Part shown: positions 22,146-33,883 of the stretch, piece after piece
Layout: each line of letters begins with the position of its first letter
Numbering within the stretch: the stretch's first letter is position 1
Assembly (NCBI GenBank): GCA_905178155.1
Contig: CAJINV010000012.1
Coordinates: forward strand, 926,004-990,003
Reading direction: 5' to 3'
Source of the DNA: Amoebophrya sp. A120
Taxonomy: Eukaryota; Protista; Dinoflagellata
DNA: 64,000 nt
Translations under genes and position numbers: made by a program
The notes under the pieces: model-generated
Database searches by the model: none
What the model was told of the DNA's origin: nothing
What the model saw: the letters and a program-made list of their open reading frames with translations, nothing else

Positions 22146-24065
22146 TCAGGCAAACGTGGTAATCAAATTTTTCCCGTATTCAACCATCACCCTGTCCATG
22201 TTTTTTCGCATGTTTGCCACTTGAGTTATCAAATGCAAAAATGTCTGGGTCTGGAAACTTGTGATGCTGGGTGGCGTATCATGAGGAGGCCACAAGTGCT
22301 CGCTCAGCATGACAAGTTTCTGAGCTTCTAGGTGTTGCCTATTCTGCATGACAAACTGCGTTTCTACATGACAGAAAAATGGCGCTCTTGGGTAACGTAC
22401 ATGACAGATTTGAGAGTCATGCCAGAGTAGCATGACAAACATGCACTGTTCCAGACCCAGACATTTTTACACTTGATATGAATCAGATTTTGATGATTCC
22501 TCATGTTTGACAACGAAGTGGTGTTGGTCAAGCCAGTGTAAGCAGATGACAAAGCATCAGCAGACAGAAAGCCGCCAGAACTCATTGTCGTATAATTCCC
22601 ACTGGCGTTCCGCATCACAATCTTTGACACCGTCTCCGCCGGATTTGCCGTCTTCACCCAGTACCCGTGCAATGTGTTCCGTTCGAAAAACGGAAAAAAG
22701 TCGAGTTTCAGAGGCTGCCAGACTTCATTGGACGATGAGAATTGGTTGTTGTCATCGAGCGTGGGGGAATCGGATTCGGACATGGAGGAACTGGACGCGG
22801 AGCTGAGAGCCCGTAAATGCCCGCCCGTCGTGTAATCGATAACGTGCCCGTATTTCGTCATTGTAGTGGAGGAGGAAGAGCCGGTACCTGTTATTTTCAG
22901 TGGGTAAAACTTATACGTCGACAAGTTCAACAAAAAACGTACAACTACCTAGCCATCAAGTGAATGTGGACCTTGAAATATTCACATGACAATCAAATGC
23001 TTGTGCCTGATGAAACTCCGCATCCGCAGTGGAAAGGAACATTGAATGCGTCAGCTATCTATCTCTTTGTAAACACATCTATATACCGTGGTCCATCTCC
23101 CCGGTAATGCTTTTCCTAACCGGCGGCAAGCTGACGCTGAGCAGTGCCCGCAAGCAAGCCAACGCACACGTTTCCGACAATAACCCCGGGCCGTAGGCGG
23201 AAGCACTAGAAGACGACATTGAATCGCTACTCGCCGCATGATTGTAGTGAATGACGCAGACCTTCAGCGTGAAGTGCCAATAGCACTTTTTCTCCTCGAC
23301 TGTGATCGTGTTTTTGTTCAAAATCTCTTTCGACTGAAACAGTTTGCGCAGCTGGTCGCACAGGGTCAGATTCCCGAAATCCTGCGGTCGGTAGTTTTGA
23401 GGTTGATGTTGGTGAGCAGCGGTGGAAGAGGAAGACGCTGCCACACCTGGTCCTCGTCCCATGGGACTACATCCATGATCCTCCTGTTCCTGCAACAATA
23501 ATTTCGCGACCTGTTCCGGGCTTCCTCTAACCGTCTGCTGCGGTGCTCCTGTGCCTGTTGTCTCGATTTTCCGCCTCTTCTGCACGTGCTCGGCGATCAC
23601 TTGCTCTGGTGTTTTATTGACGCCCACAGACGCGTCAGACGTGCCTGATGTGTTTCCTGCGTGCTCCATGGCGAACGATCTTGTCCCGCCGTCAGTCATA
23701 TTTGCTGCTCTTCGTTTACTCTCTTCATATTCCGCGCTTCCCATCTTTTGGAATCTTCTGCTCCGAAACGGGTCCTCTGAGCTGTACTTTGGGAGTTCGT
23801 CGACGTAAATCTCCAAGTCCCGGGGAAAATCTTCCACCAAATTCCCCTCGACAATACATGCGACCTGCGTGTTATGGTACCACACGAGGGCGGACCCGAG
23901 GCTCTGGCTGTGGAAACCCACTTGCACCGTCGGGGACAGGATCTCCGTGCTGTCGGTCAGGGAGTTATCATTTTCGTCGTTTCCATGTTTATCTATTTCT
24001 CCGGGTGGGCTCTGGATGTTGATGACAGCATCCCCATTCTCCTCGAAGTCCACCTCCATGGTCAT
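22146..24065 (-). CDS. Hypothetical multi-exon protein
   Basis: ORF 23079-24107, a probable GT-AG intron (about 22950-23120), an exon of about 22948-22479, introner 22227-22478, and a last exon ending at TGA 22146. The junction NLIQ|VANMRK is in frame. Confidence 0.6.
22227..22478. mobile_element. Introner, TIR family I (252 bp)
   Basis: TIRs tatcaaatgcaaaaatgtctgggtctggaa / ttccagacccagacatttttacacttgata. TSD TGAGT/TGAAT (4 of 5 match). Confidence 0.9.
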
Positions 24066-25042
24066 TTTTCTTGTAGTACTAGTTTGTTGTTGTAAAAAAC
24101 TATACAACTTGATAGTACTAGGTAGCGGGAGGAGGTCGATCTAAATGCATCAAATCAGCGCATGAAAAGAAAAAGATGCTTCTGCTGGGTCCTTGCGAGC
24201 AGATCAAAAAGATGAGACTATTAAAAAGAGGATCGTCTACAAGTCGCACGGTGATCACTGTTTGTTTCACGAAATGTTCACAAATCAAAATATGTTAATA
24301 TGGGCTCTGTCTTAATCTTCTCCCAGATCCTTCATTCGGGCACGTACTAGTCCTACAGTTGTTGATCGCATTTACAATTTTCATTTTCGGTGAAAGCCAG
24401 AACATTCTAGTAATGGTGTCTCATAGTTTTCAGAACCAAATTTGCCGATCCTGCTTGCATTTGACCTTTCAGATCTTCATCTTCTCGTGCCTGCATGAAG
24501 TTCTTCGCATATTCGTACTATTTCGTTGATCATTCATCGTGCGGCTGGCAATAAAGGCAACTAAGTTGTACACTATCAATAGGACCGACAGGTACCACTG
24601 TGGTGTCTAACACTATGGCAGAACAACAGGCCTCCAGGCGCGAGTGCAAAAATTATCCATTTTCGTACGAGGAACACATGTTCACCGCAATATCCAGCAG
24701 TAGAGTTAGCGTCATGCACGTGGTCGCAGAGCAATTACAATAAATGCTAGTATCTTACACGAGAAGAAGATCGAGAAGTAGAAAAGTATTCATCGCAGTT
24801 ATTTCAGGCTCTGTCTAGCAAGCCAGGCGTCCGCACGAAGTTCCGAATTCTATTGAAACCACATGATGAACTCCTGCAACATCCTACATGGCTAGAAATA
24901 GTAGAGAACTGTAAATTTAATGTAAATATCGCCCAACAAGAACTCAATTTCAATTAATTTTGCACACGTTGTAGTTGTACATGCAGTTGTACTTCTACTT
25001 CATTCCTCTTCCAGGATAATAGGAATCGGAATATCGCTATGG

Positions 25043-28000
25043 CTATCGAAACGCCCCACCACTGCCATTCCCTCCACCTCCGACTCCACGACGTCCGAAA
25101 TCTGTTCGCCTTACCACGCGCTCAAAATTATTTAAGTTAAAATACATCCGACGCGGGTGCCAGGAATTTGTGTTGCTATGGTAGGGATTGTTGTGTACAA
25201 CTGAGTTGCTAGTTCTATTGTGGTCTATCTGAGATGAGGAACTATTGTTCGGCGGTCCAGGACCACTTATGTTATACCCACCTGCCCCCGTGCTATCTTC
25301 TATCTTCATCTTCTTACTCAGGTAATATTCCTCCGCGTGCCTGTATCCGTACTGTCTTCTCAACAGCGACAAACAGCAGCCGCACAGCAGTCTTTTCACC
25401 ACGAAGTTCAGTAGGAGTTTCCGGATGAGCAATTGGTACAAGGTCAGAACCAAAGGTTGGAAGAAGCTTTCCCAAAAGGGGATGACTGTCGTGAAAACTT
25501 TTTCCAAAAAGTTTTTCTTCCGCCACCTTTTTGCACTCGCCGCCGCGCTGATCTTCCGCGACAACCCCGTTCCGCTTCCGTGCTGAAAGATCAAGCCAAC
25601 GTCCTCCTCGTCGTCGTCCGTTTGGTTCAAAACAAAGTTTTCGATCATATCAATTGTAAAAGTGTCTGGGTCTGGAATGTTGCCAAGTTTATCATGCATA
25701 TTTTGCATGACCCAGGATGTCTGTAATGCACGGCCTAGCATCACAGATTTTTAGAGGGCTTCCTGATGCCTACTCCGCATGCCAAATGCCCTCCCCGCGT
25801 AGCACAAACTAGACTCCTCTTGCTGGTCATGCAATACGGATTTTTTTAGAATCCAAACGCAGCATCACAAGTTCCAACTTTCCAGACCCAGACATTTTTG
25901 CAATCCATAGATCACAACTTTCAACACTTCTTGCAGAATTTCCTCCACCCCCAGCCAGTACCAAATGCGGCTGAAGCAGGATTTCTTCCGGTTTTTGTAC
26001 TATGACCTGCTCAAACGTTACAATCCCAAGCGTTACAATAGAATTTGGAAATCTGTGATGCAAGAAGTGCATGATCTAGCCAAGTTTCATAGGATTACGC
26101 ATGACAAGTTCCGGAGTCCCAAACCGCACTACAGTCTGCCAGTGCCAGTATTTGTGCTGCATAAAGTGGAATGGTCTGCGAGTCTGTCATGCTCATTATG
26201 CGAGACAAGTCCCAGATTCTATTGTAACGTTTGATATTGTAACGTTTGAGCAGGTCATATGTACGCCAGGTGTTTCCTGTGCTCGAAGTTGTTCTGGAAG
26301 TTATCTTCCGGAAACCTCGGCTTTTGTACTAGATTCTGGTCCACCCGGCTGATTTCCTTAAATTTCGCGTGAAACAGCACCGCCGGGACCTTGAACGTAC
26401 CGTCGGGGAAGCACCACTTCTTGAACTGTTTCTTTTTGAACTCCAGCTCCTTCGCGCGGAGTTCGATTTCCTTCTTCAGTGAAGTGCGGCGCTCCGATAT
26501 CCACAGTAAATTTCCCGTACACGTACACATGCGGTCTCTGCATGAAAGAACTTGGCTTCCATCCTAGTCTAGCATGACAAGTTTTCGGCTTTAAATTGGT
26601 GAAATTTGTGATGCATCTTGTACATGTACGGAAAATTTGTATTGCGTATCCGACTCCAGCATGACGGAAACGTAATTGATCGTGCGGAGTTCCTCTTGCT
26701 TCAGATTCAACTCCGACTGCAGCTGTGTCAATTCCTGCACCGTGATAAACCGATTCTCGATCTGGTCGCTGCCGATCATGGTGTTTGCTGATGTCGTTCT
26801 TGATGTGCTATCAGAAGTTGTACTCGCCGGTCCTAAAAGTTGTGATCCGCCCTTAATATTTTGCTGCTGCTGCTGTTTCAGCGATTGCTCCTCTTGTTCC
26901 GCGGCTGTCAGCTGCACCGTTTTCACGGCCGGGCACACGTAGCTGCACACTTCCGTGATCGTTTTCCCGCTGTACTGATCGACCGCTATCAAATGCAAAA
27001 ATGTCTGGGTCTGGGAGGTTGCCGGGTTTGTCATGCATATTTTGCATGACCAATCGCGCCTGTAGTGCATGACTTAGCATCACAGATTTTTGGAAGGCTT
27101 TCTGATGCCTATTCCGCATGACAAATGTCCTCTCCGCGTAGCACAATCCGGGCTCCTCTTGTTGGTCCTGCAATACAGATTTTTTTAGAGTCCAAAGACA
27201 GCATGACAAGTTTGGATCCTTCCAGACCCAGACATATTTGCAATGCATAACCGCTAGAACCGAACAGTTGATCAGAAACAGCTCCCGCAGTCCGAGGTTC
27301 TTTTCGTGCAGGGGAGAGGCTTCGTTGATGATGTGCTTGATCGTCAGAATGCCGCCGTTCGGGCTGTGCACCGTGAGCATCGTATGGAAGTGTCAGGTTT
27401 GAAATCGTCAAAGTTGAAATAGTTTGTCATGCATAAAGCGGAGACCAGTTGGAAGACCAATTTCCAAGCGGCGCATGACAAATTTTCTGAGCACCGAAAT
27501 CCAATCTGTCATGCTGTTTGGGCACAGAAGAGTGCTTTTGTCATGCTCCTTTAGCAGCTCTATCCCAAACCCTAAATAGGCTCGAAATCTGCCTCACTTG
27601 CAATCCCTGCAAGACAGTCTTTTCGTGCTTTGCATTTTATGCATCACAGATTCTTTCAACTTTGTCGATTTCAATCCTGACACATCCATACATCGGGAGA
27701 AGTTGGTATTGCGCCGGGTGGTATCAAATGCAAAAGTGTCTGGGTCTGGAATAGTGGAACTTGTGATGCGTGTCTTGCATTCCTGGAAAATCTGTGTTGC
27801 ATGAGCAGCAAAAGAGGAGCTTGCTTTGTCATGCAAAAACGCAATTTGTAATGCGTGGTAGGCATCAGCAGGCCTCTCTAAAACTTGTCATGCCTGGCTG
27901 CCATTAATACAAGCGCTTCAATCATGCTCAATTCAGCATCACAGATTTCCAGACCCAGACATATTTGCAGTGCATAGGTGGTCCTGTAAAAGTTGGTCGA

Positions 28001-31000
28001 TCTCGGTGTTGGATGGTTTATTGCCTGTCGTGTCTAGTACCTGCTCGCCACCGCTATTTGTAGGCTTTGTACTAGATGAGGAGCCACTGCTGCTCAAACT
28101 GGTGCTGTTCGACAAAACTTGTGCCTGCAACTCGTACATCAGCCCCGACCGCGTGACCAACTGCAGCACGATCTTCGGCTGCACCAAAATCACGTTCTCC
28201 CGGATCACCATCAAGCGCAACACAAGCTCGGGGTACTCCAGCCAGTCGCTGTCGGGGTAGTAGAATTTTTCATCTGGAACAGGATCGGCTCCTCCGGGAG
28301 GTGGTGGTGGTTGTAATCCTGCAGCCGAGAATGGAACACTTGTGTTCCCTGCTCCTCTCGGCGAAGTTGTACTTCTATCTGCAGGCGCCGCTAAGAGTCC
28401 TCCCCCTGGCCCCATGCGCGGGCTGAGCAGTTGCTGCAGCTGGGGAACGCCTTTTGTTTGCATGGCCGGTCGTGCCCCCGCAATTGTAGAAGTTTGCGCT
28501 CCTGTACTAGCTGCAGGAGGTGCTCGCTCCGCCGTTGGGAACGCCGGGGGTGCGACGGCAAGAACCACTGCATTTCCTTTGGCTGGAGGTAGTTGGAGCA
28601 GGTGTTTTTCTTTTTTATTCATTTTACTGGCACCAGCTGCAGATGTTGATGATGATCGGAAAGCGGAAGCATCTTCGTCGCCCGCTGGTGGCACCATTTG
28701 CGCCTTGTGCTCGCCTTCGTTATACAACACCAGCTGTGGTCCACCTTTTGAAGGAGACGAAGAGGTGGTTATTGAGGTTTTCGACTTCTTCACCTTAGCC
28801 GGCCCTCCGCCCGCCAAACTTTTCGTCGTGTTGTTTGGAACATCCGCAGCTCTGTTTTCCACTACTATCTTTGCAGATTTCTTGCTAGAAGTACCGCCAC
28901 TCGCCGGAGAACTTGTAGTTGCCACAGCAGGAGCGGTCAAGATATTACCGTCTTGGTCTGGAGAAACACTTCTGCTGGTTTTCTTCGAAGATGCTCCACC
29001 TGGATTCCTTATCGCCGCAGAGGTACTAGGGCCTCCTGCTACTAGGGACGAGCTGCTATTTCGTAGTTGCGATGAATCTGCTCTATTCGAAGAAGTCACC
29101 CTCCTGTCACTGCTGCTCGCAGTCGCGCCGGAGGTTCTATTCTTGCTACCGACAGTCTTATCGTCGTTCGCTGCAGCAGCTCCCGAAGCCGGCAGCGAAG
29201 AAGCTGATCGGCTTCTTTTCGATTTCAACGCTTTTGTTTCTGCTCCTGTGCTGTTGGACGTGGTTGGTCCAGCAGGTTCTACTTTTAGACTGGAGGCTCT
29301 ACCAGCATTGCCTATGGTGTTACCCGCAACGGAGGCCGAGCCGGGGGCGTGGGCAGCACTGCCCTCAGGATGCGGAGCAGCTTCCTTATACTCCAAATCG
29401 CTCCTTGCAGGGGATGTGGAGACAAACTTGTCCTCTACTTCCGAAGACAGCGCCCTCGCCTTCGCTGGCGCTGCGCCTGCAGGTCCTCGCGGCATGTCAG
29501 GATTTTTATCGCCACCTGCACCAGCCCCCACCAACGGCAATTTCGTGCCGTTTGTGTCTTTCTCCTCATCTTCATTCCCACCCGGTAGATGAAGTGTTAA
29601 ACTCGTCCCATTCTGTAGCGGCCCCCCGGATGCTGGCGAGCCACTGCTGCTGCTGCTCTCCTGACCAGGAACTACACCGCCTGCCCCACCACTCGTCCCA
29701 CCCGCCGCGTTGCTATTTGCTTTCGCTGACAACAGCATGCGGTTAAGAAACGCCAGGGCGCTGCTCGTCACAATAATTGGCTCGGGCTCGTTTACCGGCA
29801 TCAAAATGCGGTTTTTGATTTTCCCTTTCGGCCCCTTCAAAGGTTTGATATTCACATTCTGCTGGCTTGAATGATCTTGATTGCCGCTTGCTGGTGGAGA
29901 AGCTTTCATACTCGAAGACGCTAGTAGAGATCCTGGCCGGGGACTTCTATTTGCAGTTGTTAAGGACGAGCCACCAGCGTTTTTACTGTTGGATCGGATC
30001 CGCACCATCTCTGTCACACTCTTGCTGGTGGTCGTGTTAATATTCGCGACTACATTTGGCGTTGGTCCTGGAGGTTGTACTGAGTTGTCAAATATCGTCG
30101 GTTTCAGCACTCCGTCAGACACGCAGCAGGCGTGGGAGAAGCATATGGGGTTCTCAAACGTTACATCCTCAGCTGTTACATGAAATTTGTAATGCAAGAA
30201 TGGCAAAAAGTGAAAGGGAAAACGTTGTGCCTTTTGCATTACAGGTTTGGAGCAGATTGTAATGCTATCTAGCGCGTCGGGAAGTTGTCATGCGGAGAAG
30301 GCTTGATCGCGGTAAAAGTGATAGTGTTTTTGCATGACAAATCATGTAACAGTTGAGAATGTAACATTTTGAGAACGCCATAAAGCAAAGTTGCTGACTC
30401 GGCTGCAGAAACCTCGCGACGATAACGCCGGTGAGCAGCAAGAGAAAGATAATCTGCAGATAGTGCTGTAGGGACAAAACGGTGAGCATGACGAAGGTAA
30501 GGAAGTTGTCCCGGCCTCGCTCCCCATCGGGGTGAATCAATTCGTCCGCTTCGGTGGTCTGGAAGAAGCTCAGACTGTTGGTGGCCTTCAAGCTCAGCAT
30601 GAAGAAGTGCCGGAAGGTCCGCTCGCTCGGGGGGGAAGGAGACGACCACAGGGGGGATGTGGAAGTAGATGTTGTGCCCGCGGTGGTCAAGGACGTGGTC
30701 GTGGAGGACGCGTGGTCAGCAGGATCACCATCTCGTCCCGCCCTGAGCGCCAGAACATCTTCCAACAGGTCGTACATAAGCCAGTAGAGCAAGCAGGACA
30801 AGCCATAATTGACCACCGCAAACACGGTGACAAACCCGATTTCAAAAGCCAACACGTAGGTAATCAGTTGCTTCATCGAGATGCGGTTGACACAAAAGTC
30901 CCAAAGGAAATCCCCGACGGCCTTCGTGGACGTCGACAAGGGTCCGGCCAGCATCTGCCCCCGCCCGGCACCACCGCCCTGATGGAACAGCCCGCCGTCG

Positions 31001-31704
31001 GCCGCGGAAGTAAAGGCTTCGGTGTCGCCCTCCCTGAAAAAGAAGTCGTCCATAAAGTAGCGCCACAGGTCGTTCCCCGGTCGATTCACGTAGCGCGCGA
31101 TGCCGCCCTTGGTGCCGAAATGGTTCTGCGTCTGGCGGAACTCGTTGCGCCGCGTGATCAGCTCGTGCCCGTTGTAGTACACATCGCCCAGCGGGTCGGC
31201 CACGATGCTTTCTCCGTAGAAGTTTTTCCGCAAAAGCGCTGCCGCGGAGGAGGGAGAACTGGACGCCGCGCCGCCCAGCTCCAAGTCGCCAAATTCTTCC
31301 GAGTACACCTCCTTGATAAATTATCCAAGAAAAAAACTGTGTTAGTGTAACTTTGGTTTCTTTGGTTGACAGCATCACAAATTTGGTCTACATGACAGAG
31401 AAAGCCTGTCATGCGCGGCTTGTAAGGGAAAACACTACACGTGATAGGAGGACTCCATGGTTGTCTGGCATGACAGGTGTAACTCTGATGCATGTTCTGC
31501 ATTACAGAGTTACACTTACACAGGTTTTTTCTTGGATATAAATTTGTGCTTCTCGCTGGCGAACTTCTGGATGGCCTTGACGCGGGCGATGGTGAGCCCC
31601 TGCCGGAAGATGCTCGTGGCGGGAATTTTGCGGTTCTGCTTCTGCTCCTCATCCGTGTTGATTTGCGGATCATGCTCCTCGGTGATGCTATTCAGGCTTA
31701 GCAT
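25043..31704 (-). CDS. Inward-rectifier K+ channel (Kir/IRK)-like protein, ~1555 aa, 9 exons
   Basis: Exons 31704-31539, 31316-30383, 30138-27977, 27716-27691, 27377-27250, 26981-26649, 26492-26260, 25995-25910 and 25642-25043 total 4668 nt, in frame. Two TM segments plus Kir-like motifs GVIVARFLQP..LCFSHACCV, PELVLRLMVIRENVILV, IKHIINEASPL, AVDQYSGKT and LFHAKFKEI. Confidence 0.8.
25648..25909. mobile_element. Introner, family I (262 bp)
   Basis: Family I TIRs, TSD GATCA, in-frame junction VVI|ENF. Confidence 0.93.
26001..26259. mobile_element. Introner, family II (259 bp)
   Basis: TIRs tatgacctgctcaaacgttacaat / attgtaacgtttgagcaggtcata. TSD TGTAC. Junction LAY|KNRK. Confidence 0.95.
26498..26648. 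mobile_element. Short introner (151 bp)
   Basis: IRs tatccacagtaaatttcccgtacacgtaca / tgtacatgtacggaaaatttgtattgcgta. TSD TCCGA. Junction MLES|ERRT. Confidence 0.88.
26987..27249. mobile_element. Introner, family I (263 bp)
   Basis: Family I TIRs, TSD ACCGC, junction VLAV|DQY. The interior is closely similar to 25648-25909. Confidence 0.95.
27383..27690. mobile_element. Introner, family IV (308 bp)
   Basis: TIRs tatggaagtgtcaggtttgaaatcgtcaaagttgaaa / tttcaactttgtcgatttcaatcctgacacatccata. TSD CATCG. Confidence 0.95.
27722..27976. mobile_element. Introner, family I (255 bp)
   Basis: Family I TIRs, TSD GGTGG. It leaves a ~26-nt micro-exon (DH|PAQYQLLPM|LTV) next to element 27383-27690. Confidence 0.93.
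30144..30382. mobile_element. Introner, family III (239 bp)
   Basis: TIRs tatggggttctcaaacgttacatcctcagctgttacatga / tcatgtaacagttgagaatgtaacattttgagaacgccata. TSD AAGCA. Junction QLCF|SHAC. Confidence 0.95.
31322..31538. mobile_element. Introner, singleton family (217 bp)
   Basis: TIRs tatccaagaaaaaaactgtgttagtgtaact / agttacacttacacaggttttttcttggata. TSD TAAAT. Junction HKF|IKEV. Confidence 0.93.
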
Positions 31705-32708
31705 TTTTTTTGTTTTTTGTTTGCGAACAAAAATTTATCAATGCGTCGAAGTTGTAGTCCGGGTCGCCACGTCGATGAAACACAAACAGTGGTGTTAAAC
31801 TTACAACGATAATATATTCAAGTGCGAAAAATGTATAATTTACGCCCCGTAGCTGACAGCGTCGCGCAAGTAGAAGTTGTCATGAACTTTCTAAGTGAAA
31901 TCGTGTTGAGGTTCTCACTAGAAATCCGGGGGCCGACGGCGCCATCGGAGGCTTTTGTTCTTAAGCAACAAAGTCATGTTGACTGCCGGAGATTGTAGTT
32001 CGGGCGGTTAAATGCTGTGCTAAATTCTAATTTCTGAAATAATCTTATTCTTAGATGGATATAGAGGAAGCTGCATGGGGAATATTCTAGGTGCATGGCA
32101 AATACATCTTAAGTATTCCATTCCGTTTCGCGGGGGAGGAGGGGACTAACTAATAATTTTTATCACCGGAAGGCCACACGGATGTCATACTTGCTGAGTC
32201 GACGGATGAGCGACGGTCTCTGCAAATACGTTGTTCATGTGGTGGTGCTCCTGGCCCCCTGCTGTAATGATTTTTTTGAAATTGAATTTCAAAAAACGCA
32301 ACTTGTTCATGAAAGAAAAAACAGGACAATGTCAAACAGTTTCTTCTACTGGAAAATAAATCTTATACGAAAACGTCAACGGGGGGCTCGATGTGGTGTA
32401 AAACGAAGCGCTACCAGCGAGAGCGACGTCGTACGATCACTATTAGTATTCATCCGCCTCTGTCCGCCGATTGGTGAATCGGGCTTCACGTCGGTGTGAA
32501 CGCTGAGACTAGTTACGCAAACGACCGAGAGATGGACGAAGACCACGACCTGCGGTAGGAAAGAAGTACGTCAAGAAGTAGAGCTGCTAGCCGGAGGCAA
32601 CAGAACGACGAGAGTCTTTAAACCGACCGAAATCTGCTGCTGCACGAGCAGCGAACCGAATGCTCGCGCAAGTTTATTTCATTGAACGGCTCGCTGTCGC
32701 TGTACGAA

Positions 32709-32796
32709 GACCGAATGTTTACTGTTACGGGTTTGGACGAGCACGAGGACCGAAGGTTTACTGTTACGGGTTTGGACGTGGACCGAATGTTTACTG
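32709..32796. repeat. Short tandem repeat, about 2.5 copies of a 33-39 bp unit
   Basis: gaccgaa(t/g)gtttactgttacgggtttggacg occurs twice in full, followed by a partial third copy. Confidence 0.7.
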
Positions 32797-33883
32797 GAGG
32801 TTACCAGATGAGGACGAGACTGTACGCACGACCGACTTGGACTGGATCTACTTATTATCGCACGACTGATGAAGAGAAAGAGCCTTGGCGCCAGCTGTTG
32901 TCTGTCTAATTTTTGGTGTACGAAATATTCACAGTATTTCGTGTCTTGATGATGATAGTACACATCCGGTCATCGAGTTTTGACTTTGTACTGCATTTTC
33001 TTTGACGACGAATCCGGAAAAGCCGATCATGGAGAATATGACCAACAAACCCTGAACAACTACGTCGATGGAAAATGCAACCAAGTGTTTGGATGCGGAG
33101 TGGGAACGGACGATCCTTCCTTGTGGCTGAACCACCAGCAAAGTTGCGTCGCGCTACATCCGCCCCTCTTCTTGCTTCTTCTTCTAAGTACCAGAAGCAG
33201 AATCTTTATTCTTCACTGTGAAACAAAACTCTTTCTCTCAATCTTCATGGCAACTCGAACTCTGGTTTTTATATATGACCTTCACGCCTGCCTCGCGCTG
33301 CGGCACTCCTTGTTGTGATCGGTCCTTACTTGGTGCCTCATCAACTCACAATCAAAATTATCTGCACTCTTCAGAAAAAGGTCGATAAAAAAGGGGAGAA
33401 AAACGATACGTATCTCAAGCTGAGTCGGTGGCTGTGCACTGAAATAAGTTTGTTTGGAAAGCAATCAATGCGAACTGGAAAATAGAAAAGAAAAAATGAT
33501 GTTAGGCAATCGAATGTAAACTTGTAAATTAAAAAAAAATATACATGCCTATCAGGAAAGTACAGTCTCAGTCGGTTGAGCTTGTATGCCCTGCTCGTGC
33601 TTTTGCTTCATGTTGACTTAGACTGTACTATCTCAGAGCCCCACCGGCCCTGCAGTGCGTTGTCCGAGGTCAGTTTTCCTCTGGAGTGTGCCCTTCCTTC
33701 AACAGCAGCGCTTTCAGTGAGTCGTTTGATAAAGATGATCACTACGGAGCGGTAATTTTCCATGCCTTCATCTACAGCTGATTGGGAAGTTGTAGAAAAG
33801 CGCTGCAGTAAATTTGCACATAACGTTATTGAAATAGACCACAGCTGCTCGTATTGTTATTTTCAAGGTCGTGGGCGAATTAA

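Noticed and set aside
28342-29592. 416-aa plus-strand ORF
   Set aside because: Antisense shadow of the low-complexity exon of the Kir-like gene.
32709-32796. CRISPR-like repeat
   Set aside because: Only 2-3 nearly contiguous copies, no unique spacers of regular length, no cas genes, and a eukaryotic context.
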